64,000 nucleotides of DNA from assembly GCA_903831805.1 (NCBI GenBank), contig CAIKZD010000017.1, forward strand, positions 12,358 through 76,357, in the 5' to 3' direction. The stretch comes from an uncultured bacterium. Lineage in GTDB: Bacteria; Patescibacteriota; Minisyncoccia; Moranbacterales; UBA2206. A program made the translations under genes and the position numbers. The notes under the pieces are model-generated. The model was not told the origin of the DNA. It did not search any database and saw nothing but the letters and a program-made list of their open reading frames with translations. Shown one piece after another: positions 18,169-26,786 of the stretch. The number at the start of each line of letters is the position of its first letter. Within the stretch, counting starts at the first letter, position 1.

Positions 18169-18293
18169 AAAAAACGATCCCCACTCTTGAGGAGCGGGGT
18201 CTCGGAGCCCGAAGGCGTTTGTAGTCCAAGTATAGCATAGCAGCTATACTTGTCAACAGTAATACGCATACTTATAAATAATATTTCAGAATT

Positions 18294-19910
18294 ATGCTCG
18301 AAGAAAATTTAAAAAAATATTTCAACTTCAATGAATTTCGCTCCGGCCAGCGGGAAGTGGTGGAGGCGATCGTTGGGGGTCGTGACACGGTGGCGCTGAT
18401 GCCGACCGGCGGCGGAAAATCATTGTGCTATCAATTGCCGGCGGTGATGCTGCCTGGGCTCACGGTTATCATTTCTCCGCTCATCGCTCTCATGAAAGAT
18501 CAGGTGGACGCGCTGGTGGTGCGCGGCATCCCGGCCACCTTTCTTAATAGCAGCATAGACGCGGTGGAAGTCGCAAGGCGCGTGACGGACATCAAAAGCG
18601 GTAAGACAAAAATCCTCTACATCGCCCCGGAACGTTTGGCGGCGCCCAGTTTTCAGCGGCTTTTTTCAGAATTCAAGATAAGTTTCTTGGCCGTGGACGA
18701 AGCGCATTGTGTTTCGCAGTGGGGCCATGATTTTCGACCGGATTATTTGCATATCAAGAAGCATATTGACGCTTTGCCCACGCGTCCGATTGTGGCCGCC
18801 TTCACCGCCACCGCCACGCCGGAAGTCAAAGCCGATATCATAACTCGCCTGGGCCTCGCGGCTCCGACTGTTTTTACGCGCGGCTTTGATCGGCCGAATT
18901 TGAAATTTTTTGTACAAAAAAACATCAAACCTAAGGAGCGGTACCTGGAAACGCTGCGAATCATAAAAAATCTGGCCGGATCAGGCATTGTCTATACACT
19001 TTCCAGAAAAGAAGCGGAGACGCTGGCAGATTTTTTGAATAAAAATAGTTTGACGGCGACGGCTTATCACGCCGGTCTGCCGAGCGACAAGCGAAGCCGG
19101 ATCCAGGAGGATTTTATGGAAAATCGTTTTAAGGTGATTGTGGCCACGGTGGCTTTTGGCATGGGGGTGGATAAAGCGGATGTGCGCTTTGTCATCCATG
19201 TTGGGATGCCGGGCAGCTTGGAAGGCTACTATCAAGAAGCCGGGCGTGCCGGGCGCGATGGCGAAGAAGCTTATTGCATTTTGCTGCATAGCAAAAAAGA
19301 CACCAATACGCATAATTTTTTTCTGAGGGGTGACCGGAAGCTCATCATGGATCAAGGCAAAAGCTGGGAGGAGGCGGGAGAAATTTTGGAGATAAAATAT
19401 CAAAAATTGGAAAAGATGCTGGCCTATGTGGCGGATGCAAAGTGTCGCCGCCGCATGATTCTTAAATATTTTGACGATCCGGAATATGCTAAAGAAAAAC
19501 AGAATTGTCGCGGATGCGATGTGTGTTTGCGCTGGAAGAAAAAAACGGAAACAGACACTATGGAAAGTGATTTTTCGCAACATGCGGCGCGTCGGCAATT
19601 GATCGGCGCCACGATCAAAGAAACCGTGCGCTTGCATGCGGAAGGCTATCGGCCTTTGCAGATTGCTAAGATGCGGTCCTTGGGCGCAAGTACGATTATG
19701 GGGCACCTCATCGATTGGTATGTGTCCGGTGGAGAGGTGAATATGGAGCAATTAATTTCTCCGGTTGAAGAAGAAAAAATTGTGGAAGTCATAAAAAGAG
19801 TCAGAACGCAAAGATTGAAACTGCTCAAGGAAGAATTACCGGAAGAGATTAGCTATGAAAAAATCAGGCTGGTATTGGCGAAAATGAAGCGCGGCGATAT
19901 TTTTGAATAA
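18294..19910 (+). CDS. recQ: ATP-dependent DNA helicase RecQ
   Basis: FNEFRSGQREVVEAIVGGRDTVALMPTGGGKSLCYQLPA, a DEAH box (VDEAHCVSQWGHDFR) and a C-terminal zinc-binding CxxC region. Confidence 0.85.
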   Translation: MLEENLKKYFNFNEFRSGQREVVEAIVGGRDTVALMPTGGGKSLCYQLPAVMLPGLTVIISPLIALMKDQVDALVVRGIPATFLNSSIDAVEVARRVTDIKSGKTKILYIAPERLAAPSFQRLFSEFKISFLAVDEAHCVSQWGHDFRPDYLHIKKHIDALPTRPIVAAFTATATPEVKADIITRLGLAAPTVFTRGFDRPNLKFFVQKNIKPKERYLETLRIIKNLAGSGIVYTLSRKEAETLADFLNKNSLTATAYHAGLPSDKRSRIQEDFMENRFKVIVATVAFGMGVDKADVRFVIHVGMPGSLEGYYQEAGRAGRDGEEAYCILLHSKKDTNTHNFFLRGDRKLIMDQGKSWEEAGEILEIKYQKLEKMLAYVADAKCRRRMILKYFDDPEYAKEKQNCRGCDVCLRWKKKTETDTMESDFSQHAARRQLIGATIKETVRLHAEGYRPLQIAKMRSLGASTIMGHLIDWYVSGGEVNMEQLISPVEEEKIVEVIKRVRTQRLKLLKEELPEEISYEKIRLVLAKMKRGDIFE

Positions 19911-19936
19911 ATACGCAATCTTTTTGTAGTAGTTTT

Positions 19937-20254
19937 ATGATTCATGTTAGCACTCCATTTGAAAACGCTGTTTATGCGGCTTGCCGGAAAATTCCCCGCG
20001 GGCGTCTTTCGACGTATGCGGAAATCGCCAGAGTTATTAAACATCCTAAGAGTGCGCGAGCGGTGGGGAATGCCCTGAACAAAAATCCTTATGCGCCGCA
20101 AGTCCCGTGTCACCGCGTGGTGCGCAGTGACGGCTCAGTAGGCGGTTTCGCAACTGGCGAAAAGAAAAAAACCGCAATCTTGCAAAAAGAGAAAATAGTC
20201 ATCCATAACGGCCGGGTAGTGAACTTTCCAGAGGTTTTTTATAAGCTTAAATAG
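19937..20254 (+). CDS. ogt: methylated-DNA-protein-cysteine methyltransferase (MGMT/Ogt) DNA-binding/catalytic domain protein
   Basis: PCHRVV active-site motif with the catalytic Cys retained. Confidence 0.7.
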   Translation: MIHVSTPFENAVYAACRKIPRGRLSTYAEIARVIKHPKSARAVGNALNKNPYAPQVPCHRVVRSDGSVGGFATGEKKKTAILQKEKIVIHNGRVVNFPEVFYKLK

Positions 20255-20313
20255 CGGTTTTTTTTGTGATATAATACAGTTACTTACGATTAACTATTAA
20301 TTTTAATAATACT

Positions 20314-20811
20314 ATGTCAAAAACGGAGGAAAACTTGGCCACAGCGTTTGCCGGGGAGTCGCAAGCTAACAGAAAATATCTGGCCTTTGCTGAAAAAGCG
20401 GAAAGTGAAGGACAAGCGGGGCTGGCTAAGCTTTTCCGTGTGGCGGCTGAGGGGGAAACGGTGCATGCCATTAACCATTTGAAAGCACTGGGCGGCGTGG
20501 CCGAAACGGCGGAAAATTTAAAGAGTGCTATTGCCGGGGAAACGTATGAAATTGAAAAGATGTATCCGGAATTTATCTCGGCCGTAGAGGCGGATGAAAC
20601 GCCAGCCAAATTGAGTTTCACCCGCGCCGAAAAAGTGGAAGAAGTGCACCAGAAACTTTTTCAAGAAGCTTTGGCTAAACTTGAAGCGGGCGAAATAGTG
20701 GCAGACGGCGACTACTATGTCTGCAGTGTCTGCGGTTTTCCATCAGCTGGAGAGGCGCCGGAAATTTGTCCGATCTGCGGCGCGCTAAAGGATAAATTCA
20801 AAGAAGTCTAA
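20314..20811 (+). CDS. rubrerythrin
   Basis: Ferritin-like diiron motifs (E..H) and a C-terminal rubredoxin-like CSVCG...CPICG. Confidence 0.85.
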   Translation: MSKTEENLATAFAGESQANRKYLAFAEKAESEGQAGLAKLFRVAAEGETVHAINHLKALGGVAETAENLKSAIAGETYEIEKMYPEFISAVEADETPAKLSFTRAEKVEEVHQKLFQEALAKLEAGEIVADGDYYVCSVCGFPSAGEAPEICPICGALKDKFKEV

Positions 20812-20835
20812 TTTTTTGCGGGGGAGAATAAAAAA

Positions 20836-21666
20836 ATGAACAATTCACTTGAATGGTATTCTAATGATCCTCATAAAAAGCCCGACTATCTAGTGGAAGA
20901 AGCAGATAGAGAGAGGCCGGAGGAATTTATAAGAAAAATACATTTCCGGGATGGCGAAGTTCCTTTGAGTAATGATTTCCCGCGGGAAATCGTGGAGCTT
21001 GTCATGAGGGATAAGGTGGTTCGAAGGGCACTTCAGGAAATCATGGAGAAGCGCGGAGAAGAGGATATTAAACACGCCGTCAGGATGGCTGGGATGGTCA
21101 TTATGGTGGCTGAAAGAATGGACCTTTCCCCGGATGATAGAGAGTTGCTAATCCGATCAGCATTAGTGCATGATGTTGGAAAAATAGGCATACCACAAGA
21201 AATTCTCGATAAACCGGGAGAACTTTCCGAGGAAGATATAAATATTGTGCATAAGCACGTAAGAATAGGCTGGAATTTTCTGAGAGAATTAGGGGATGAT
21301 AAATTGGCGGAAATCGTTGTCCGGCATCATGAGATTAATGGTTATCCGCGGAGCGGGAGAGATCAGCGGGAGATTAAAAGAGCAGATGGAAAAGAAAGGC
21401 GAGTGCCGAAGCCTGAGTACAATCGTTTGGCTAAGTTCCTATCCATATTTGACGTTTTTGATTCGCTTGGAAACCGGATTTATAATGACAAAAAAACAAT
21501 CCATGAAATTTTGGCTGAGAGACGCGATGAATTGAAAGATCTCAATTCTTCAGAAGAAAAAGTGCTAGTGTCTCTGCTTGAAGGAAGAGAAAATGATCCG
21601 GAATATATCCTGCGAAAAGAAGTGGAAAAAACTACCGAGGGCCTGTCGGCCGATGCCGCTTCTTGA
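20836..21666 (+). CDS. HD-GYP domain phosphohydrolase
   Basis: LVHDVGKIGIP and VVRHHEINGYPRSG (HHE..GYP) motifs. Confidence 0.7.
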   Translation: MNNSLEWYSNDPHKKPDYLVEEADRERPEEFIRKIHFRDGEVPLSNDFPREIVELVMRDKVVRRALQEIMEKRGEEDIKHAVRMAGMVIMVAERMDLSPDDRELLIRSALVHDVGKIGIPQEILDKPGELSEEDINIVHKHVRIGWNFLRELGDDKLAEIVVRHHEINGYPRSGRDQREIKRADGKERRVPKPEYNRLAKFLSIFDVFDSLGNRIYNDKKTIHEILAERRDELKDLNSSEEKVLVSLLEGRENDPEYILRKEVEKTTEGLSADAAS

Positions 21667-21683
21667 CAACTTTTTTCCAGGTG

Positions 21684-21712
21684 TTGCGCGATTTTCACAA
21701 AACCCCTATAAT
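21684..21712 (+). promoter_or_regulatory. sigma70-like promoter (TTGCGC-17-TATAAT) for hup
   Basis: Hexamers with 17-nt spacer, about 60 nt upstream of the HU gene. Confidence 0.5.
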
Positions 21713-21755
21713 ACACAGGTAAAAGGGGAGGGTAATTAATTTAATCAATCCCGCC

Positions 21756-22055
21756 TTGGCGGGACAAAACGAAATGGCAAAAATGACAAAGGCTCAGATC
21801 ATGAGCGCGATGGCCGAGAAAACCGGTCTAGCTAAAAAAGAAGTAGTAGCATTCATGGATGCTCTCACTGGTATGGCGTATTCAGAAGTGAAGAAGAACG
21901 GAGAATTCGTTCTACCTGGTTTTGGAAAATTGGTCAAAGTGAATCGTAAGGCTCGTATGGGCGTCAATCCTGCCACCGGAGCAAAGATCCAAATTGCTGC
22001 GAAAACTGTGGCTAAATTTCGTTTAGCGAAAGTGGCTAAAGAAGCTGTCTTATAA
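21756..22055 (+). CDS. hup: DNA-binding protein HU
   Basis: MTKAQIMSAMAEKTGLAKKEVVAFMDAL...GFGKL...RMGVNPATG. The true start is probably the Met at 21774. Confidence 0.85.
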   Translation: MAGQNEMAKMTKAQIMSAMAEKTGLAKKEVVAFMDALTGMAYSEVKKNGEFVLPGFGKLVKVNRKARMGVNPATGAKIQIAAKTVAKFRLAKVAKEAVL

Positions 22056-22080
22056 TCTTCCTTTAGGACTGAAAGTTGAA

Positions 22081-22122
22081 AAGACCCTCGCCTATAGCGG
22101 GGGTCTTTTTTTGTGATATAAT
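22081..22122 (+). terminator. rho-independent terminator fused to an extended -10 promoter (TGTGATATAAT)
   Basis: AAGACCCTCGCCTATAGCGGGGGTCTTTTTTTGTGATATAAT. The same T-run/TGTGATATAAT module occurs at about 20252..20275. Confidence 0.65.
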
Positions 22123-22171
22123 AGACTAAAGGTGTGTAGTATTAATAATATAATTTTTAACTTTAAAGAAT

Positions 22172-22969
22172 ATGGAAGAAGGCATTGCAAAAATGGAAGG
22201 TTGCGATAAGCGAAAAAAATATAGTTTCGCTCTTATTGCGCTGGGGCTGATTTTAGTGGCAGCCGTGGCGGTGGTTTCGCTGCTGCGTGAACGCCTGGTC
22301 AATCCGACACAAAATCAGATCGTGGTCTATGGGGAAGGGAAGGTGCAATATTTGCCGGACACGGCCACTGTGACTCTTGGCGTGCAAGTGAACAAGGTCA
22401 CCACTGCCGCGGACGCCTTGTCTCAAATGAATGATAAGATTAAGCGCATCACGGACGCCCTGGTGGCTCTTGGCCTGCCGACGACTGACATTAAAACCGA
22501 AAGCTACAATTTGTCACCGGCGTATGATTACAAAGATGGTGCTTCAGTAGTGGTCGGTTACAACGCCAGTCAGAATTTGGACATCAAGGCTCGCGGGGTG
22601 GATAAAAATACGGACCTGGTGAACAAAGTGGTGGCCGCAGCGGGAGACAATGGCACGAATGTGGTGCAAGGCGTCAACTATTTCCTGGATAACCCTAACG
22701 ATTTGCGACAAAAAGCCCGTATTGCGGCCATTTCAGACGCCAGGAGCAAAGCCACGGCTTTGGCTGCTGCAGCCGGCATCAAACACCTCGGCAAAGTTTT
22801 GAGTTGGTATGAAGACGCGCCAGTGACTGGTGGCGGAAATTATCCGATGGCTACGGACGCCCAAGGCTTGGGTGGCATGGCGGCGTCAAAAGCTATTAGC
22901 GCGCCGCAAATTTCTTCCGGCACGCAAGATATCGTGGTGGATATGGCAGTCAATTTTGAAACAAACTAA
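22172..22969 (+). CDS. SIMPL-domain (DUF541) membrane-anchored protein
   Basis: N-terminal TM segment; VYGEGKVQYLPDTATVTLGVQV...TESYNLSPAYDY pattern. Confidence 0.65.
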   Translation: MEEGIAKMEGCDKRKKYSFALIALGLILVAAVAVVSLLRERLVNPTQNQIVVYGEGKVQYLPDTATVTLGVQVNKVTTAADALSQMNDKIKRITDALVALGLPTTDIKTESYNLSPAYDYKDGASVVVGYNASQNLDIKARGVDKNTDLVNKVVAAAGDNGTNVVQGVNYFLDNPNDLRQKARIAAISDARSKATALAAAAGIKHLGKVLSWYEDAPVTGGGNYPMATDAQGLGGMAASKAISAPQISSGTQDIVVDMAVNFETN

Positions 22970-22980
22970 AAAAACAAAAA

Positions 22981-23184
22981 ATGGAACAAGACTTGCAAGC
23001 CAGACTGGATGCGCAGGACAAAAAACTGGCGGACATCTATGTCTCAATTGAAAAAGCCAGGAAATATTTTCTCTGGACCTTAATCATTACCATCATCACG
23101 ATTGTCTTGCCAATCGTGGCCTTGGCTTTCGTTTTGCCGTGGTTCATCAAAACTATTTCTTCGGCGTATAGCTTGGGAATGTAG
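22981..23184 (+). CDS. small membrane protein (hypothetical)
   Basis: 67 aa with a single TM segment. Confidence 0.35.
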   Translation: MEQDLQARLDAQDKKLADIYVSIEKARKYFLWTLIITIITIVLPIVALAFVLPWFIKTISSAYSLGM

Positions 23185-23194
23185 AAATTTCCTT

Positions 23195-24448
23195 CTAGTT
23201 TCTTCCGCGATCTTTCATCGCTGTTTCAATGCGCCGGACCGCGAGAGCGTAGGCGCCTAGCCGCATAGTGGTGCGGTATTTTTCTTTTTCGTGCCAGACT
23301 TCGTCAAAAGCGCGTTCCATGATTTCCTGGAGGCGTGAGCGCACTTCTTCTTTTTTCCAATAATATCCACTGGCGTTTTGCACTTGTTCGAAATAGCTGA
23401 CGACCACTCCGCCGGCGTTAGCCAGGATATCCGGAACGATAAGGATGTTTTTTTCATTGATAATTTTTTCCGCCTCCGGAGAAATTGGGCCATTGGCCAG
23501 TTCTACAATCAATTTTGTTTGGATAAAATTCACATTTTCGGCATTGATGGAATTTTCGAGAGCGGCCGGAATGAGGATATCGACTTGGTGTTCGAGGCAA
23601 TGTTTTTCGCCTTCATTGTTGGCGCCGACATAGCCGGCCACCGAGCCGGTATTTTTTTTGTGAGCAGCCACTGCTGCCACTTTAAGTCCCATATAGTTGC
23701 AAATAGTCCCGTGCGAGTCGCTGAGAACTGCTACGCGATAACCTGCCTTTTCGAGCAGTTCAGCCATAAAACTGCCGGCATTGCCAAAGCCTTGGATGGC
23801 GACGGTGGAATTTTTGGCTAAGCCTAATTTTTCGGCGGCGCGGGCCATGACATAAACTGCTCCTTGAGCGGTGGAAAATTCCCGCACTTCCGAACCGCCA
23901 AGACTAAGAGGTTTCCCGGTGATTACTCCCGGCGCGTGAGTCCCAAGCATTTTTTCATATTCATCTAGCATCCAACCCATGATGCGCGGGTCGGTGTAGA
24001 CGTCTGGTGCGGGAACATCCAGTTCTGGCCCGACAAATTTGGCCATGGCCCGCATATAGCCTCGAGAAAGTTCTTCCAGCTCGCGATCGCTCAATTTTTT
24101 CGGGTCGACTGCCACGCCGCCTTTGCCTCCGCCAAGAGGAATGTTGACCACGGCTGTCTTCCACGTCATCCAGGCCGAGAGCGCTTTCACTTCGTCGCGC
24201 GAGACGTCCGGATGGAAACGGATACCGCCTTTGAACGGCCCGCGAGCGTCATTATATTGCGAACGCCAACCGGTGAAAACTTCCATGTGTCCGTCATCCA
24301 TCTTGACGGGGATGGAAACTTCCAGAATCCTTTGCGGATGCTGGAGTTGGGCATAGATGTTTTTGTCAATCCTGAGGAGTTCGTTGACGGTGGCCAACTG
24401 CTGCAGGGCATTTGCAAAGGGGTTGTTCTTTTCCATATATTTCTTCAT
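23195..24448 (-). CDS. gdhA: NAD(P)-specific glutamate dehydrogenase
   Basis: KGGIRFHPDVSRDEVKALSAWMTWKTAVVNIPLGGGKGG (Glu/Leu/Phe/Val dehydrogenase signature). Confidence 0.9.
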   Translation of the reverse strand: MKKYMEKNNPFANALQQLATVNELLRIDKNIYAQLQHPQRILEVSIPVKMDDGHMEVFTGWRSQYNDARGPFKGGIRFHPDVSRDEVKALSAWMTWKTAVVNIPLGGGKGGVAVDPKKLSDRELEELSRGYMRAMAKFVGPELDVPAPDVYTDPRIMGWMLDEYEKMLGTHAPGVITGKPLSLGGSEVREFSTAQGAVYVMARAAEKLGLAKNSTVAIQGFGNAGSFMAELLEKAGYRVAVLSDSHGTICNYMGLKVAAVAAHKKNTGSVAGYVGANNEGEKHCLEHQVDILIPAALENSINAENVNFIQTKLIVELANGPISPEAEKIINEKNILIVPDILANAGGVVVSYFEQVQNASGYYWKKEEVRSRLQEIMERAFDEVWHEKEKYRTTMRLGAYALAVRRIETAMKDRGRN

Positions 24449-24544
24449 ATTATTTGATTATCCTTACTAATAATACAAATGAGTATTCCCGGGAAACAGT
24501 TCTTACCGAGGCGAACCTTTTTTGCTATACTAGAAAACATACAT

Positions 24545-25096
24545 ATGGAAAAAACAATCATTCTCGGCGGCCACAAGATAGCGTATACTCTCCGCAAAAA
24601 CCGACAATCCAAACATCTGCGCCTGTCAGTTTCAGCTGATGCGAGCGTGCGCGTGAGCGTGCCCATCCGCGTGAGTGAAAAAATGGCGGAAACTTTTTTG
24701 CGTGCCAAAGCCGATTGGGTCATGGACCGTCTGGCGGATTTTGCAAAAAAAACAAGCGCCTTGCCGCCGGCGACGCGCGCTGATTATTTGAAGTACAAGG
24801 AATTGGCGCGCGAGATCGCGGCCAAAAAGTTGCAGCATTTCAACGCGGAATATGGATATACCTGGCAAAAGATTTCCGTGCGGAACACCAAAACCCGTTG
24901 GGGGAGTTGTTCGGCCGCGGGAAACTTAAGTTTCAGCTACCGCATTATTTATTTACCGGCGCATTTGTGCGACTACATCGTGGTGCACGAACTCTGCCAC
25001 CTCGGCCAGTTCAATCATTCAGCGAAATTTTGGAATCTGGTGGCGCGCGCCGTGCCGGATTACAGGAAGAGGAGAAGGGAGATAAAGAAAATGTGA
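24545..25096 (+). CDS. M48-family / YgjP-like (DUF45) metal-dependent hydrolase
   Basis: WGSCS...HELCHL zincin motif. Confidence 0.7.
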   Translation: MEKTIILGGHKIAYTLRKNRQSKHLRLSVSADASVRVSVPIRVSEKMAETFLRAKADWVMDRLADFAKKTSALPPATRADYLKYKELAREIAAKKLQHFNAEYGYTWQKISVRNTKTRWGSCSAAGNLSFSYRIIYLPAHLCDYIVVHELCHLGQFNHSAKFWNLVARAVPDYRKRRREIKKM

Positions 25097-25196
25097 TTGT
25101 GTGAAGCGGTTCAACCGCTAACGGTAAAAATCTGAACCACTGATTTTCACGTGAGACCACGTGATTTCACTGAAGGAAAAATCATCATAGCAGTAT

Positions 25197-25353
25197 TGTC
25201 ATTCTGAGCGAAGCCTGTAATCAGGCGCAGTCGAAGAATCTGCTCGGTGTAACTACTAGTTTACCTATAAAGCACAAGTCTCGAGGTAACCACTGGCAGA
25301 TCCTTCGACTGCGTTCATCGCCTCATCGGCGACTCACTCCGCTCAGGATGACA
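25197..25353. repeat. MITE-like element family 1 copy (intergenic)
   Basis: TGTCATTCTGAGCGAAGC...GTCGAAGAATCTGC ... GCAGATCCTTCGACTGCG...GCTCAGGATGACA. Confidence 0.75.
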
Positions 25354-25594
25354 GCTATTTTTTGTATAATAATCTTTTATATAAGCCAAAAAACACCCCA
25401 GCCCTTTACAAAAAGGCGTTTTGGGTGTATACTACTATATTAGTGCCTTAACAATCGAATTTCATGAATTTGCCACGGCAGAAAGGGTTTTTATCTATGA
25501 AAAGAATTTTTTCTGCTGTGGCGAAATCAATAGAGATAAGACTGCTAAATAGTTTTGTTTTTAACAAAAAACATCAGAATAGAAGGAGGGGGAT

Positions 25595-25936
25595 ATGACA
25601 CAAGAAATTAGTATGGATCAATCGGAAAGATGGAGCAAAGCTTTGCTTGCAGCTGCAGATAAGTGCAGAGATAATTGGAAAGCAGCGCGCAATGAATGCT
25701 TTTCAAAAAATGCCATCGAAAATGTCACCATAGAAAAGATGGAGAATCCTTTTTTGTGGCAGCTGACCTTCACACGCTTTGATAAAGTGCGTGAAATACG
25801 TGAGGTCTTCGACGCCAAGGATCCATATTATAGAGTAGATCAATCGCGGGGGGACGCAAACTTTGAAGTCGATGCAATATCATACTTCATATATCTTGCG
25901 AACGATGTCTATCATGAAATGGATATTAATAAATGA
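25595..25936 (+). CDS. hypothetical protein (113 aa)
   Basis: Strong Shine-Dalgarno (AGAAGGAGGGGGAT-ATG); no recognisable domain; between MITE copies. Confidence 0.5.
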   Translation: MTQEISMDQSERWSKALLAAADKCRDNWKAARNECFSKNAIENVTIEKMENPFLWQLTFTRFDKVREIREVFDAKDPYYRVDQSRGDANFEVDAISYFIYLANDVYHEMDINK

Positions 25937-26026
25937 AAATCTCCCGATGAACAGTGAAATAAAAAAGCCAGCGACGGCAATATCGTCTCTGGCTTTTAAA
26001 TTTGGTTAAAGAAATGTGTCATCCTG

Positions 26027-26146
26027 AATGTAGCGAAGCGTAATGAAGGATCTGCTATGTGTAATAACTAGTTTTACGATAAATCACAAAGCTGGTTGTA
26101 CCCACTGGCAGATCCTTCGTCCGGCTAGCGCCATCCTCAGGATAAC
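26027..26146. repeat. MITE-like element family 1 copy (degenerate, intergenic)
   Basis: TGTCATCCTGAATGTAGCGAAGCG...GCAGATCCTTCGTCCGGC...CTCAGGATAAC. Confidence 0.65.
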
Positions 26147-26194
26147 GAGCTTATTTCCTAATAGTGGACATTAGAGAATGTTTTCGACGTTTGA

Positions 26195-26225
26195 TTGACA
26201 AAAAAATGTCAGTTGCTATTATAAT
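26195..26225 (+). promoter_or_regulatory. near-consensus sigma70 promoter (TTGACA-16/19-TATTAT/TATAAT)
   Basis: TTGACAAAAAAATGTCAGTTGCTATTATAAT, upstream of the hypothetical gene at 26299, which also has a strong SD (CAAGGAGG). Confidence 0.55.
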
Positions 26226-26298
26226 AAACTAGCTCCTTTTTATTTGCAGTTAACCTTTTAGAAACACTAAAAATCCACAATTATTCAAGGAGGATGTC

Positions 26299-26703
26299 AT
26301 GAATAATATTATGCAGTTTGATGAAGAAAAGATCAGAAGATTGCCAGAGATTTTTTCTGTAGCTGATTCCATCGGCTCCATCAGATGTTATGATGGTTTA
26401 AGTTCCAATTTTCCGTGCATAGTTCTGAGGATTGATACAGGAGAATTTTTTAATCCGTCTTTACTGCATGTTTTTCATCTGGTAGGTATTAATAATCATT
26501 GCATGATGGAGTTTTTCCATAATGGAAAAGTTCTGAAGGAATTGGCATATGCCAGGTTTGAACAGGAAGGAGAAAAAACAATAAATGTAGTGAATGTTTT
26601 AGTGAGGAATATTGTCAGAGAATGTGGTACTTCAGTAAATGATGTGGAAAGGAAAAATATCGCGACTGCAATCAAAAAATTGCTCGAAGATAGATTTCAA
26701 TAG
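26299..26703 (+). CDS. hypothetical protein (134 aa)
   Basis: Consensus promoter and SD; no recognisable domain. Confidence 0.5.
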   Translation: MNNIMQFDEEKIRRLPEIFSVADSIGSIRCYDGLSSNFPCIVLRIDTGEFFNPSLLHVFHLVGINNHCMMEFFHNGKVLKELAYARFEQEGEKTINVVNVLVRNIVRECGTSVNDVERKNIATAIKKLLEDRFQ

Positions 26704-26724
26704 CTCCTTTGTTTCTTTAAGTGC

Positions 26725-26768
26725 AAAAAAGGACAGGCCTGTTGTCGATACACGGTCTGTCCTTTTAA
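26725..26768. terminator. bidirectional terminator between convergent genes
   Basis: AAAAAAGGACAGGCCTGTTGTCGATACACGGTCTGTCCTTTTAAA. Confidence 0.6.
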
Positions 26769-26786
26769 ATTTCCTAAAAAATAAAT

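Noticed and set aside
18981-19751. 256-aa minus-strand ORF
   Set aside because: Antisense to recQ; no domain features.
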